DNA of 64,000 nucleotides from Cenococcum geophilum (Eukaryota). A program made the translations under genes and the position numbers. The stretch is taken from contig CP158635.1 in assembly GCA_050273025.1 (NCBI GenBank), positions 23,312,001 to 23,376,000 on the forward strand. The letters run 5' to 3'. The notes below the pieces were generated by a model. The model was not told the origin of the DNA, did no database searches, and saw only the letters and a program-made list of their open reading frames with translations. This document shows positions 13,780-24,801 of this stretch, one piece after another (position 1 is the first letter of the stretch; each line of letters opens with the position of its first letter).

Positions 13780-14364
13780 TTAGAGAGGCAGGACAAGTAT
13801 AAAGAGGCTAAAGCAATGCACCGGCAGGCGCTAAAAGAATATAAGAAGGTGCTTGGAATAGAGTATCTACATACGCTTATCAGCGTTAGCAACCTTGGGT
13901 CAGTATTATTAAGGCAAGGTAAGTACAAAGAGGCTAAAGCAATGCACTGGCGGGATCTAGTGTTGTTGAGGTAGGGCAAGTACAAAGAGGCTAAAGCGGT
14001 GCACCGGCGGGATCTAGAAGGGCCTGAGAAGGTGCTTGGGCTAGAGCATCCAGACATGCTCACCAGCGTCAGCAACCTTGGGTCGGTGTTGGAGAGGCAG
14101 GGCAAGTACGAAGAGGCTGAAGCGATGCACCGGCGGGCGCTAGGAACAAGAGAGAAGGTGCTTGGGGTAGAGCATCTAGGCACGCTCACCAGCGTATATT
14201 GCTTAGCTCATCTACTCCACCAGCGAAAATACTATAAATCCGCCTCAAGATTGTACCAAACAGCATACAATGGACATCCAAAGGCTTTAGGCTCAGACCA
14301 TCCAACTACCGTCGCATGTCGGAACCATCATTTGTCTATGGATCAAGACATAAAGCAGAAATAG
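13780..14364 (+). pseudogene. C-terminal TPR-repeat fragment of a fungal NLR-type (NACHT/NB-ARC-TPR) gene; no N-terminus
   Basis: 42-aa repeats LERQGKYEEAEAMHRRAL..EKVLG.EHP.TLTSVSNLG and terminal LGSDHPTTVAC. Upstream repeats carry a stop and an internal deletion. Confidence 0.8.
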
Positions 14365-14935
14365 CTTTAAACGTACCGCAAGCCGAAATATTCTCCCGTA
14401 GGCTTTAAGTTTGAACCATAAAAAATGTACACTTGAGAGGCTCTTATAATAGCCACCTTGCTTGCAATGGTTGCTTTGTTTTCATTGTTGTTCCTTCCTC
14501 TTAAAGCTAAAAGGTGGGTAAGCAATCGACATGCCTATGGATGCACATGTTATGGTCTTTCACAAACGATATACGGAGAAATGTGGTTGAGAGACAGCAG
14601 GATAGTGTGCTGCGGAGATCTCATCTTGGGCAACAGCGGCTTTGTGTGCCTCTTTGCAGATTTTAGAAATATTACCTGCATTAGCAACTAAGGCAACACA
14701 AAGACTATTCAGTCTATATATATATGTATATGGAAGTCATTAGGGTGATGCTGTGCGCGCATTTTCTATGAATTACTCGCTTAAATTTCCTGATTCGGAC
14801 ACAGGCTAAAATGCCACTTGATTCTTAGACTCTGACATTACACAGATATAGCAGACGAAGAAGGGAATTCTGGGTAAGAAGACTATGAGCCAAGTTAATC
14901 ATTATAAACAGTTTTGCACATGAAGAAAGCTATTC

Positions 14936-15325
14936 CTATTCTATCCGCCATGCTTTCAGAACACTAAGAGATTGTAGCGTAAAGGGATGGTCCGCGCCAA
15001 GTTTTGCCTGCTGCAACTTTGCACAATTAGCCATTAAGTCAATAGCTTCGCCATAGCGGGCTTGAGACTTCCATGTCCACGCAAGGTTGTGCATGCTAAG
15101 CAATGTTTCTGGATGGTCCAGACCAAAAACCGCCTTCTTCATTGTGAGTGCTTTTCTTCCTAGTCTCTCGGACTTAACAACTATTCCTTGACTATCGAAT
15201 GTCAATGTAAGGTCCCCAATGCTGAAAAGCGTGTCTGGATGCTCTGGCCCAAGCACCTTCTCTCTTGTTTCCAGCGCCCGCCGGTGCATCGCTTCGGCCT
15301 CTTCGTACTTGCCCTGCCTCTCCAA
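14936..15325 (-). pseudogene. Second C-terminal TPR fragment of an NLR-type gene, 5'-truncated
   Basis: LERQGKYEEAEAMHRRALETREKVLGPEHPDTL...LDHPETLLSMHNLAWTWKSQ...LGADHPFTLQS. It starts at TTG only ~108 bp from the carboxylesterase stop, leaving no room for a NOD domain. Confidence 0.8.
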
Positions 15326-15432
15326 TAGGCAAGGTTTTACTCGATGTTAAACTAATGTCGATATTGAGCTCTTAATCTTTATTGCAAGCAAAGCTGTCAG
15401 GTCAAATCCATAAAATCAGGGTTGTCTCCCAC

Positions 15433-17151
15433 TCACCTATCGTATGTTTTTGGGCGAACATGTCTGTCGGCTTCTTGATACAGCGGTTGATACAGAGGAC
15501 ATTTCGCATCCAAAGTTCCGGCATCCGTATCCGACTCAAGAGCCTTCTCAGCTGTCCCCATAACAGCTACGTTCGGCCACTCCCTAAACCCTGGCCCAGA
15601 CAAGGGGTGCTTTGCAAAATCCGCCCACGTCGTTTGCATGTACTTACTCAAGCGTACTTCGTACTCTGTGAACCCCAAAATGGGGTATGTGCCAAACACA
15701 ATCGATATTTCGGACGAGTGATACGCTCCCAGGTCTAAGCCAAACAAGGGAAATTGTGTGTTCGGGAACGTCGCGTTGAAATAATATCGCCACGTCGGGA
15801 TACTCGCTTGACTTGACGAGGAATTTGCAAGTGCCGCACATGGACACTGGAACCGAAAGTCCGTGGCGATCTGGCCGATAATTTCGAACACGTTCTTCAG
15901 ACCAGGAGCACCCTTTGGGTATGCAGCCAGCACGGCCTCATAGAACGACAGTGGCTGGTCTGGAATTTTGGAGTGTAGGAATGCAGTGACGTTACTCTGG
16001 TCGATTGCGAAGATGCGGCCTTCTTGTCCATTGGTGCCTGTTAGGATGGGGACCTTGGCGATGTTGCCAGTGGCACGGGCGGCGTCAACAAACTCGAGTT
16101 GTGTAATGTTGTCGCTGACTGGACGAAAAGCGAGGGCGAGTTCCTCTGCAAGAGCTTTTATTGTGTTTACCTTTGCGGCGCGGGCGCAGGAGAGTATCTC
16201 AGAATTGTTTCCGTTGCAGTTCAGTTTCGACATGAGTGTGTCCCAGGCGGATGTGTTGGAGTTTTCGAGTTTGTACGAAGTTGCTTGGCCACTTTGCATG
16301 ATTGCAGCGCGGAATGGGGGGTTATCTGGCATGGTTGTGATGAGGTCATCGACGGAGCGTGCGCCGGCTGATTCGCCAAAGATTGTGACTTTGGTTGGGT
16401 CGCCTCCGAAGGCGTGGATGTTCCTTTGAACCCAGGACAGGGCCAGTCGTTGGTCAAGGAAACCTAGGTTACGTTGTTCTAAAGGAAGCTGGGGGGATCT
16501 TGGGAAGCCGAATACTGGGGTATGGTCTCAGTCTGTCTTTCCAAAAGAAGTGTTATGTCAGGTCTTCATGCTCACCATTCGTCCTATAATTTGGTGCGAC
16601 CACAATGACATCCTGGTTCGCGGCAAAGCTACTGCCATCGTATTTTGGGGCGGAGTTGAAGCCAAAGTCAAGAAATCCACCATAGATCCAAAACATCACC
16701 GTCTTATTCCCACCGGAAGTCCTGGGTGCGAAGATATTAATGTAGAGGCAGTCTTCGCTTTCCCCTGCAGGTGGACCAGGGGTGTTGAAAGCGAGCTTCT
16801 TGACGAAACGCTCTGCTTTGGGACCTAAGAAATGTTAGTCATGCTATCAAGCAATCAAATTAAAAAAGTACAGCTGAACTGTTGAATGCACGACGGAGCA
16901 TTCGCAGTTGCTTTGAAGGGCTTGGACCATGATTTCGGTGGAACAGGCGGCGCAAAGCGTCGATTGCCTTTTGGGGGTTCCGCGAACGGGATCCCGAGGA
17001 ATTTGTTGACCTTGACAGGAACGAATGGTAGAGATGTCACAGTGCCAACAACTATCCCAGCATCAATGGTAACTGATGGTGCGCTTAAAGTTGATAGCAC
17101 CGATGCACAGAGAAGCAGGCTTGCCAGAAGGATCCTAGCAGAGTATTTCAT
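15433..17151 (-). CDS. Secreted type-B carboxylesterase/lipase (alpha/beta hydrolase), 3 exons, ~536 aa, apparently intact
   Basis: Signal peptide MKYSARILLASLLLCASVLS, then FLGIPFAEPP..RRFAPP, SEDCLYINIF, catalytic GESAG, GTNGQEG and GAYHSSE. GT-AG introns at 16871-16825 and 16575-16515 give exons of 280+249+1082 = 1611 nt in frame. Confidence 0.93.
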
Positions 17152-18122
17152 GGTGGGCTTTGCTCTTGTATCACCCTCGACGAACACTCGACTCATCAAT
17201 AAGCGATGAGGTACTGAAAAAGTGAGCTGCAAACCTAGCAGACAGGATATATTTTTTCGAATTGACAAACACGGGCCGGTGGTATAAATATTTTGTCGAG
17301 CTACTGGAGCTTTTGCATTTTCAACAGCAGTTCGATTGCTAGTGCTGAAAACCAGCATGCCCATGGATGGTCCGGAAACCTCCGCCTGACTTGGTGCTTA
17401 AGGTGCACGCCTAGGCACTGCTGGACGAATAGAAGTGCGTACTCAAATGATGCTGCGCATTCGAGCTGGGCGGACAGTCGACTGGGGTTGGATGAGACAT
17501 GAGAGACCAGGGGTCAGGAAGCACCAGTCCTCATGGGGATTCACCTACACACTTGACAGCAAGCTGAACAAGCCTTCGAAGCGAAACTAGGACAAATACA
17601 TCAAACTCAAGCTGCTTTTGCCGGTGGTATGGGCGTTGGGTGTTGGAAGGAAGATGGAAATATGCAGGCAAACGCCTCGGCGTTCTTGGCTCCATGAGGT
17701 GCTCGCAAGCCGCTCAGCGCACCAGTCTTAGGTATTGGCATTCCTTGGCAAAATGCCCATCTCGGACCGGATTTGCAGTCTTGGGTGGTCGGAGTACATG
17801 TCCATTGGACGCGTGGTCGTGTATGGACGGTGGTGCACAGCCAGCGAAACACAAGTAAGAGTTGGTTGTGGAAGCAACCACCTTAGGTAACTACCTAGTA
17901 TCTAGAACACGAGGTCCTCGTCCAGCCAGAGTAACTCTCCGGACGCATCTCTATGCCTCTGAGCCCATGTCGTTAGCCTTTTCTGGCAGCCTATCCATAT
18001 GTTGGCTTGATCCACATGCTCGAAAGAACTATTATGTATCTTGATTCCCCATAACTCCCTCTTACGAACTCTCTGGGCCATAGTCGCAAGATATCACAAC
18101 GTTCAAAGACTTACGCCTTAGG

Positions 18123-18743
18123 ATGCACTCTTTCAAGCCCCTTTCAATCATCTGTGGCCTTGGCCCCCTCCCTTTCGCCTGCACTGCGACATTAACGTGA
18201 AGAAACCCCAATTATATGTCGGTAACCGACTCCACTTGCGCACCACCGGAATATCAATACCCCAGCTTCATGAGCCGCATCGAAGAAACTAATCCCGGCG
18301 GCGTCTTCGGCAATGAAATGGGCTTCACTGCAAAAGAAGGACCCAGAAACAAGACCGAAATCGACACCATATTCCAATTCACGGACATTCCTACGTCTAG
18401 CTCCATCTGCCAACTCGAGCTCTTCTTCCACGCAGGCGACTTCGTTGAAAGTGATTCGTCCCTGGTCAATGTCTACATCACTGATAAAGAGGCCGTGGAG
18501 CCTGTGAGCTGGAGCTCTGCACCTAAAGCGAGATGCCTCTTTGGCTCCTTTGAGTTGGCCAGTGGGTTTTCGATGGAGAAGGATGTCGTCGCCGTCGTTG
18601 GGTCTTCGGCCTGCAAGCCGACGCTGACATTTCGAGCGAGCTTGGCTGAGGACGCCATTACCGGCAGGGTGGAGTTTTATCAGGAGAATCCGAGACCAGG
18701 CGGACCTCGCGCTCAGGGATTCAGAGTCAGGCATGGAGTGTAG
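18123..18743 (+). pseudogene. Secreted But2 C-terminal-like domain protein with an in-frame TGA at 18198-18200 (possible recent pseudogene)
   Basis: ATG 18123 encodes a signal-like leader MHSFKPLSIICGLGPLPFACTATLT*R in frame with ORF 18216-18743. That ORF has ..YPS..I.E.NP...G, QF.DIP...CQLE, VNVY and SW.SAP..LFG, recalled as typical of But2-like fungal proteins. Confidence 0.6.
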
Positions 18744-19051
18744 GCAAAGGACCCATAGAAGTGTATCCGGTGCTCTGGTTCGTTTGTGGTTGCTGTTGCC
18801 TCGAGCTCTCCGCCATGATCGAATCGTTCCCGAAAGACCTATGCGGCACTCTAATTCGTCTTCCCACCACTCAGCACCAGTGCCGTGTCCGAAAAGGCTT
18901 TCACACCAGATCGAGTACAAAATCCGAGCGCCGAGCAAATTTGATAGACTTTACATCTGTCTCCCTGCTGCGTGACTGAAAAAGTCTCAAGCCGAGTACT
19001 CCAAGGAATCAGCTCTCTGTACCTGTGATTCGGTGCCTTAGTCTAGATACT

Positions 19052-19102
19052 AAGTGCAGCCAAGAGGAGCTGAAGTGCAGCCAAGAGGAGCTGAAGTGCA
19101 GC
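19052..19102. repeat. 21-bp tandem repeat (~2.4 copies) at the truncation point of the NACHT fragment
   Basis: AAGTGCAGCCAAGAGGAGCTG twice plus a partial copy. Confidence 0.85.
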
Positions 19103-19124
19103 TAAGGGAGATTAAAGTCCGGCC

Positions 19125-20396
19125 AAAGACGCACTGAAGCGCTAGGAGTCGTTCGAGAAGTTGCAGTAAGAGTGACTGATATGTCCCGATTGTGAATTTC
19201 TCTAGACCCTCACCTCGTGCATTAAAGAAGAATGAGATAATGATTCTGTCCTTTATCGTCTTGCGGGCGTTAGCAAGAGCAAATTTCATTAATGTTGACT
19301 TTCCGGTCCCAGGCTTCCCTTTAATCCACAAGAAGCCGTAGTGTTCGTGCAACTTACTAGTATCAACCCAGTCAAAGTATTCGAAAATTTTCAGCAGCCA
19401 CTTACATGTCTTGGCGTGGACATTTTTGATAGTCATTTGGCGCGCATCGATTTGGTCAAATCTCAATGAATCCAACAGCATCCTTTTTTGCTCTTCGTTG
19501 AGTGACAGCTTTTCTCCTCTCTTAGGCTGACTGGAGACCGAACTTCTTGTCATCCTGCGGAGAGCAGAAGCAACTTTTCTGTATTCAACGTCACTGAGGC
19601 CCGTAAAGCGACACATTTCCATATGATTACGTCCAATATGCTCCGAAATCTCAATATCTGGGAGGTTTAGATAGGAGGATGTATCCTCAACTACCTGCAA
19701 ACCTGATTAGCAACGTAACAGGATATGTTAACGCACTTACCCTATGACCGCCGAGATGTGTGACACCAAATTGTTCCTGAAAGGAGTGTATGGTCCAATT
19801 CTTTTCATGAGCAGTCGGGCCAAACTCGTCTCTTAGCTCCCTGAGGCGTTCTGCCGACGGCAAAAGTGTGTTAACGGTCTGCTCATTGACGGAAAATCCG
19901 GCGGCTCTGATAGCCTTCTCAGCAATACGTTAGAGAATGCCACGGGGGTTAGCGCCGCCGTGTGGGGTGCCAAAACACATAATGCCGATCGTGGACTCAA
20001 AGATGTCCCGGAGATGGGCCTGGCGATGGCAGACATTTGATCTCCGCAACATTTCCTTGACGACAACCCCTCCTAGACCGTGTACGATGAACAATGCCGG
20101 TCTTAATGGCTCTGCCCGACGCTCAGCCTCTAGGGCAACTAGAAAATCCCACGCAATGTCGTAGACTGTGTTCTTATTCACGGGAGGTCCCAGCTTATGT
20201 CTTATGTGTGTATCATAACTGTAAGTCAAGACTCGCGCATTGGGGGCTGTGAGCGGGATCAGGTCTCTCGGCCAATATAGCAGTGTGGAAGTCTTCCTGA
20301 CGCGGCTTGGAGATTAGACCGGGTTTTCGGATCTTCGAAGGTGGCTCGGCTAATTCGTCGTCATAGTGGGTCTGGTGCCTAACGTCTCCTCTCTTA
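19125..20396 (-). pseudogene. Truncated fungal NLR: SesB-like alpha/beta-hydrolase N-terminal domain plus the start of a NACHT NTPase
   Basis: YWPRDLIP..APNARVLTYSYD, FIVHGLGGVVVKE, FGTPHGG, H.EMCRF, TCKWL, LWIKGKPGTGKSTLMK and SFFFNARG. Intron 19740-19695, premature TAA at 19930-19932 and a frameshift near 20280. Cut at the 5' side by Tc1 and ends before Walker B. Confidence 0.88.
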
Positions 20397-20398
20397 TA

Positions 20399-22845
20399 CA
20401 CCACCTCGTCAATTCCGGTTGTTAGCGCTTTTGATTAAGCCACCAACTAACACGAATTTAGTCTATCCGGCTTGGCAGCTGAATATCAGAAAGAGACTGC
20501 CGAATAACCTCACCTGACAGTCAAATTTGAAGCTTTTTGACGCCTCTGCCAGCCGCATCGTGATTAGGTGTATTGGTGAGCTTCACGCGGTGAGGAACCT
20601 GACTTAGGAAGTCTACTAATAACACATCTTCTAGTTTCCTACCCCTCTTCTAAGCCGCTGACGCGTTGTTTGTGACAATCCTTAACTTCCTTAAGCCTCT
20701 ATTACAACCTTCCTTAAGCCTCTATCACGACCTTCCTTCTCTATCACGGCCTTTCTTAAGCCTCTGTTATGACAATTGCCAGCTCTTGCGTCCGAATGAC
20801 CTTTCCAGCGGTAATTAGTTTAAAAATGGCTTGCTTTTGTTCTGGGTGACTTCGCAGAAGTTGGAAATAGGCCCTTAGATGTATTGATTACGCTGTTAAG
20901 ACAGATATTAATGGCGGTGGTCACAGATAAGGTTTCTAAGTTTGGGTGAATACTAAGTCTTGGCGCGATCGTAAGGGACTTTAGATGGCTCTGCAGATTT
21001 AAGTATAAAGATGTTTATCTGCGCCTGTTATAAGGTAATACTATCCTTACCACTTTTTATACTAAATTTGCATATTCCTATAACAAGTCCTAACTAAAAT
21101 CTTTTAGATTCTATCCTTAAAGGTATCCACCATACTATCTTCTGGGTATGATCCTTCCTATACGGAAGGAACTCTAGAACCTACTTTACCTAATCCTAAA
21201 GCTCTACTGCGCCTTTTTAGCTTTAGAAGCTTCTTTAGCTTATTTACTTCTTTTTTACCTAGTAATATAACTGTGCCAAATACTTTTTCTATTTGCTCTG
21301 CTGTATCTAGTTCTTCTACTCTAACGCCTACTACCCCTAACTATTACATTCGCCGAGTAATTGCCTGTTTTAATAGATGGGAGAGACGTAAGAAATAGGA
21401 GCGGGAGGAGCGAGCTGTAGAACGTATTTAACGTCGCCGACGGCTTTAGGAAAGTAACACTCGAGCACTTGTTCCTTACTCCCTAAGATGTATAATTAAA
21501 GGCCTCTATTGCTATCTTTAAGAACCTATCTCTTGTATTGCTGTATTAGTTAAGTAATTATATTCTACTGTCTATTATATTGTTAATAAAGCGCAGACCC
21601 TAATACGTGGTGGCTATTAAAATGCTCTTATATACGGCTCGCCAATTTAGCGTTAACTAGTTAATTTTCTAGAGTTAAATACTTAGGCGCGTCACCTTAC
21701 CTACTTAGAGCTTTCCTTCTACGTAGGAGTCCCTTATTCCAACTCTACAGTCGCCTAATATCTTAAGAAGGAGGGCTTTTAACGCTGCGTTGCTTATGCA
21801 AAGCCCTGGCTTACTGCAGCTCACTGTTGCGCCCGGTTAGTATTTATATTAGCTTACCGTTACTTCTAAAAAGAGGATTGGTGGAGAGTTATATAGACAG
21901 ATAAGGCAGCTATGTATTGTAGTAGGTACTAGCGGCTCTATGTTATTAAAAGACCTAGTAAATAATATTATCCTAACTGCCTCCGTCCTAAGTTTACTAA
22001 TATACCTTATATAATAGTATAGGCTGCATTCTACGGTATAGAAAAAGGGCCTCTACTATTTTGGAATAAGGAAGAATGGGGTAATATTACGGCGTAGGGC
22101 TTCCTAGATCATATCTATCCAAAGCTTAAAGAATTTTACGACTTCTATAACGCTAAGTATAGCGTATATTTCCCTAATTACGAATTTAGAAGTACCCTAA
22201 TAATTATATAAATGGATGGAGCTCCCTATTATAAAGCTTGTATTACTATAGCTAAGTTCCAGGAAGACGATATTAAGTTACTTTAGTGGCTAGTAAACAG
22301 CCTAGATCTTAACCCAATTAAGGCCGTTTAGAATTTAATAAAGACTTAATTGGCTAAGCGGAAGCCTCGCCTATTAATAAAAGAAGTAATGTAAGTAGCT
22401 ATTAAATCTAAATAGGAGAATCTGGAGGCCTACTACTTTAAGGAACTGGTTGCTTTTATACCTACACGCCTTTAGGCAGTAATTAAAGCAGAAGGGGGAC
22501 CTACTAAGTGGTAGAGGACAGTAGAAAGCTTAGAGGACGATTAGGATCTTAGAGGACGATTAGGAGCTTAGAGGATAATTAGGAGCTTAGAGGAGATATT
22601 TAGACAGTCGTTTAATTGCTAAGCGTTAATTTTAACACTTATTTGGCTACTGTGACTTCAGAAATATTCGTATATAGGCAGTCTACCATACAATCATTAG
22701 TTTTAAAAAGCTTCATAAATTTTTAATATTGAGGTCTTTTGAAGCTCGCTGCCAAGACGGGGAAACTCATACTAATCTATATGAGGATTTCCGCCCGAGA
22801 GGCGTCACTAGTAAGGCGCTAACAACCGGAATTGACGAGGTGGTG
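20399..22845 (+). mobile_element. Tc1/mariner DNA transposon (DD34E), full-length, transposase RIPed
   Basis: ~30-bp terminal inverted repeats (TIRs) CACCACCTCGTCAATTCCGGTTGTTAGCGC with TA TSD. I(W)TD(E) near 21900, MDGAP at 22212, W..NS(P)DLNPI(E) near 22287-22322, with 34 residues between the second D and E. An inner inverted motif CTTGGCAGC and short tandem repeats lie near both ends. Confidence 0.93.
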
Positions 22846-23244
22846 TAGAATGATTGGATACGAAAGTTTCGCAGGATCTCATTACACAGCTACATTGAGA
22901 TAGTTACGCGCAGGTATCTTGATTTAAACTCGTGACTTTTCGTCTTCAGCCGCATAGCGCTGACTCGCAGCACGACGTGATTTATTCCGCTCCCAGAATA
23001 TAAATCCACGCTATCCACGTGACCTGTGACTAAACGGGAGTGGACGTGTATTTTTGGCCCGTAAAGTCGTTTGCTGATCTGTTGCCGGAGGAGGACGCTA
23101 GCGCCAATTTTTAGACCCTTCGACTTGGCGCGCCAGATGGGTAATTCGCTCGCAGCTTGGCGAGCGTGTAGTAGGAGAGTTGGCGGTGCCCAATTCCTCT
23201 CTGCCTCAGGGCACGTTCGATAACTTTTTTTGGCCAGTTGGACT

Positions 23245-23870
23245 CCACTAGGTGGGTGCTCTAAAAAAGCCACCTGGGTCCACCTGGGCCCACCTGGTCG
23301 CGAACGGGCCACCGGTATCGATATCCACCTGGTGGATGCTGTCCGTTCGACACCCCAGGTGGATTTTGGGCAGATTGGCCGTCTTGGCAACTGAAAAGGA
23401 GGTTCCACCTGGCCAAGTGGAGGCGTTCGCGCCAACCGCTCCCAAATCTAGTATAGTAGCGAGTTTTGTCAGCAATTCAAGCCACCTGGGCAGTCCACCT
23501 GGGCAAATTCCATCTGGACCTACCATTTTGAAGGGGGGGTCCAGATGGAACACTGACACGACCAGGTCGATCGATTCCGCCCTCCATGATATTCTTATTA
23601 TCACGTGATCTAATTTAATGCTAACCATAAAGACTTATATATTGGCCACAGTATCGACAGGCGTTCTAGCGATAATATCGCTGCTTCATGTGCTTTTAAG
23701 TGTGTGAGGAACCTTCCAAAGTTATTAAATAGCAGGCGCTCCTTTCTAGAGAATCGCCTGCCGAACGAACGCCTTCCACCAGGTGGAAAGCACCCCTGCT
23801 TTGGCGTCTAGAGGAGGCGCTTACATCCCGAAGATTGCGCCCAGGTGGGCCCTAAAATCGTCGACCTGGC
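23245..23870. repeat. Cluster of ~15 CCACCTGG/CCAGGTGG-type motifs in both orientations
   Basis: Copies near 23270, 23280, 23290, 23325, 23355, 23405, 23482, 23495, 23779 and 23841, plus variants CCATCTGG/CCAGATGG. A perfect 13-bp inverted repeat sits at 23508-23520 / 23538-23550. Confidence 0.75.
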
Positions 23871-24621
23871 TGCGCCGTCGGACTGGTCAAAAAAAGTTAT
23901 CGAACGTGCCCTCAGCCAGCCAGCGCCCGCAGCGCCGCAGTGTCGCATGCTGACTGCTTGTAACCAGCCACTTCGAATGCGGGCACCGTTTAATCCAGCA
24001 GTTCGGCTCGCCACGCGGTACCCGCAGAAACTCTCTGCAAGTCCTATTTCGCGATAGTATTCTCGACTGTCTTGGAATTATGTAAGGGGATGTTAATTAT
24101 CGCATAAGTAATTGCGACTAACATACCACTGGCAGCAGGAATATGGTTATTGAGATGCAGCCATTAATGAGTGAGTCTTCCAACGCACTACGTGCACGAC
24201 TGAGCGCGGAAAACCTTCAGGCAGATCGGTGAGTGGAGCGTGGCTCTTAGGCTGTGGCTTGAACGTTGATCAAGCACAGCTCAGACAAAAACGACTCTAC
24301 TGGAAGCGGAAGGTTTGTCTAACTGGAAGCTGAGATCTAGCAACAACTTTACAGCCCCAAAAAACACGTTCCTTACGGTTTAGTTAAAGGTCACGTAGAT
24401 AGTAACCTCCCCCCCGGTGTAACGAAAAACCCACCGTGCCGAAGGTACTTGGACCGATCATCATCTCATGTCCTCCCTTGTTCCTCTATGAACTTATAAT
24501 TAATATTTAATTACTCTTCAGCCTCTTCTTAATATAACATCGAGTTGCAACGAGAAAAATACAGGGGGTTTAATCATCTCCTCAGTCGGTCCTTTTATCG
24601 CACGGAGAGGTACTAGACCTA

Positions 24622-24801
24622 TCCCTTGCAACGGTAGCGTCCTACGAGAATTGGACCGTGCGCGGAACACCAAAAACCAGAACCGAAAGTACGCGTATTT
24701 TCCATCAAGGCTCCGTGATGGAAAATACGCGTACTTTCGGTTCTGGTTTTTGGTGTTCCGCGCACGGTCCAATTCTCATAGGACGCTACCGTTGCAAGGG
24801 A
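24622..24801. mobile_element. 180-bp fully palindromic MITE-like element with TA flanks
   Basis: Arms 24620-24707 and 24716-24803 (88 bp including TA, one mismatch at 24645) around an 8-nt loop AGGCTCCG. Confidence 0.8.

Noticed and set aside
15382..18979. Antisense and alternate-frame ORFs over the esterase and But2-like genes (e.g. 18192-18938 minus, 15968-16429 plus)
   Set aside because: They are shadows of the real coding strands, which carry the family motifs and splice signals.
22890..24057. Several 68-181 aa ORFs in the GC-rich tract
   Set aside because: They overlap on both strands, have no recognisable domain, and are explained by GC content and the CCACCTGG repeats.
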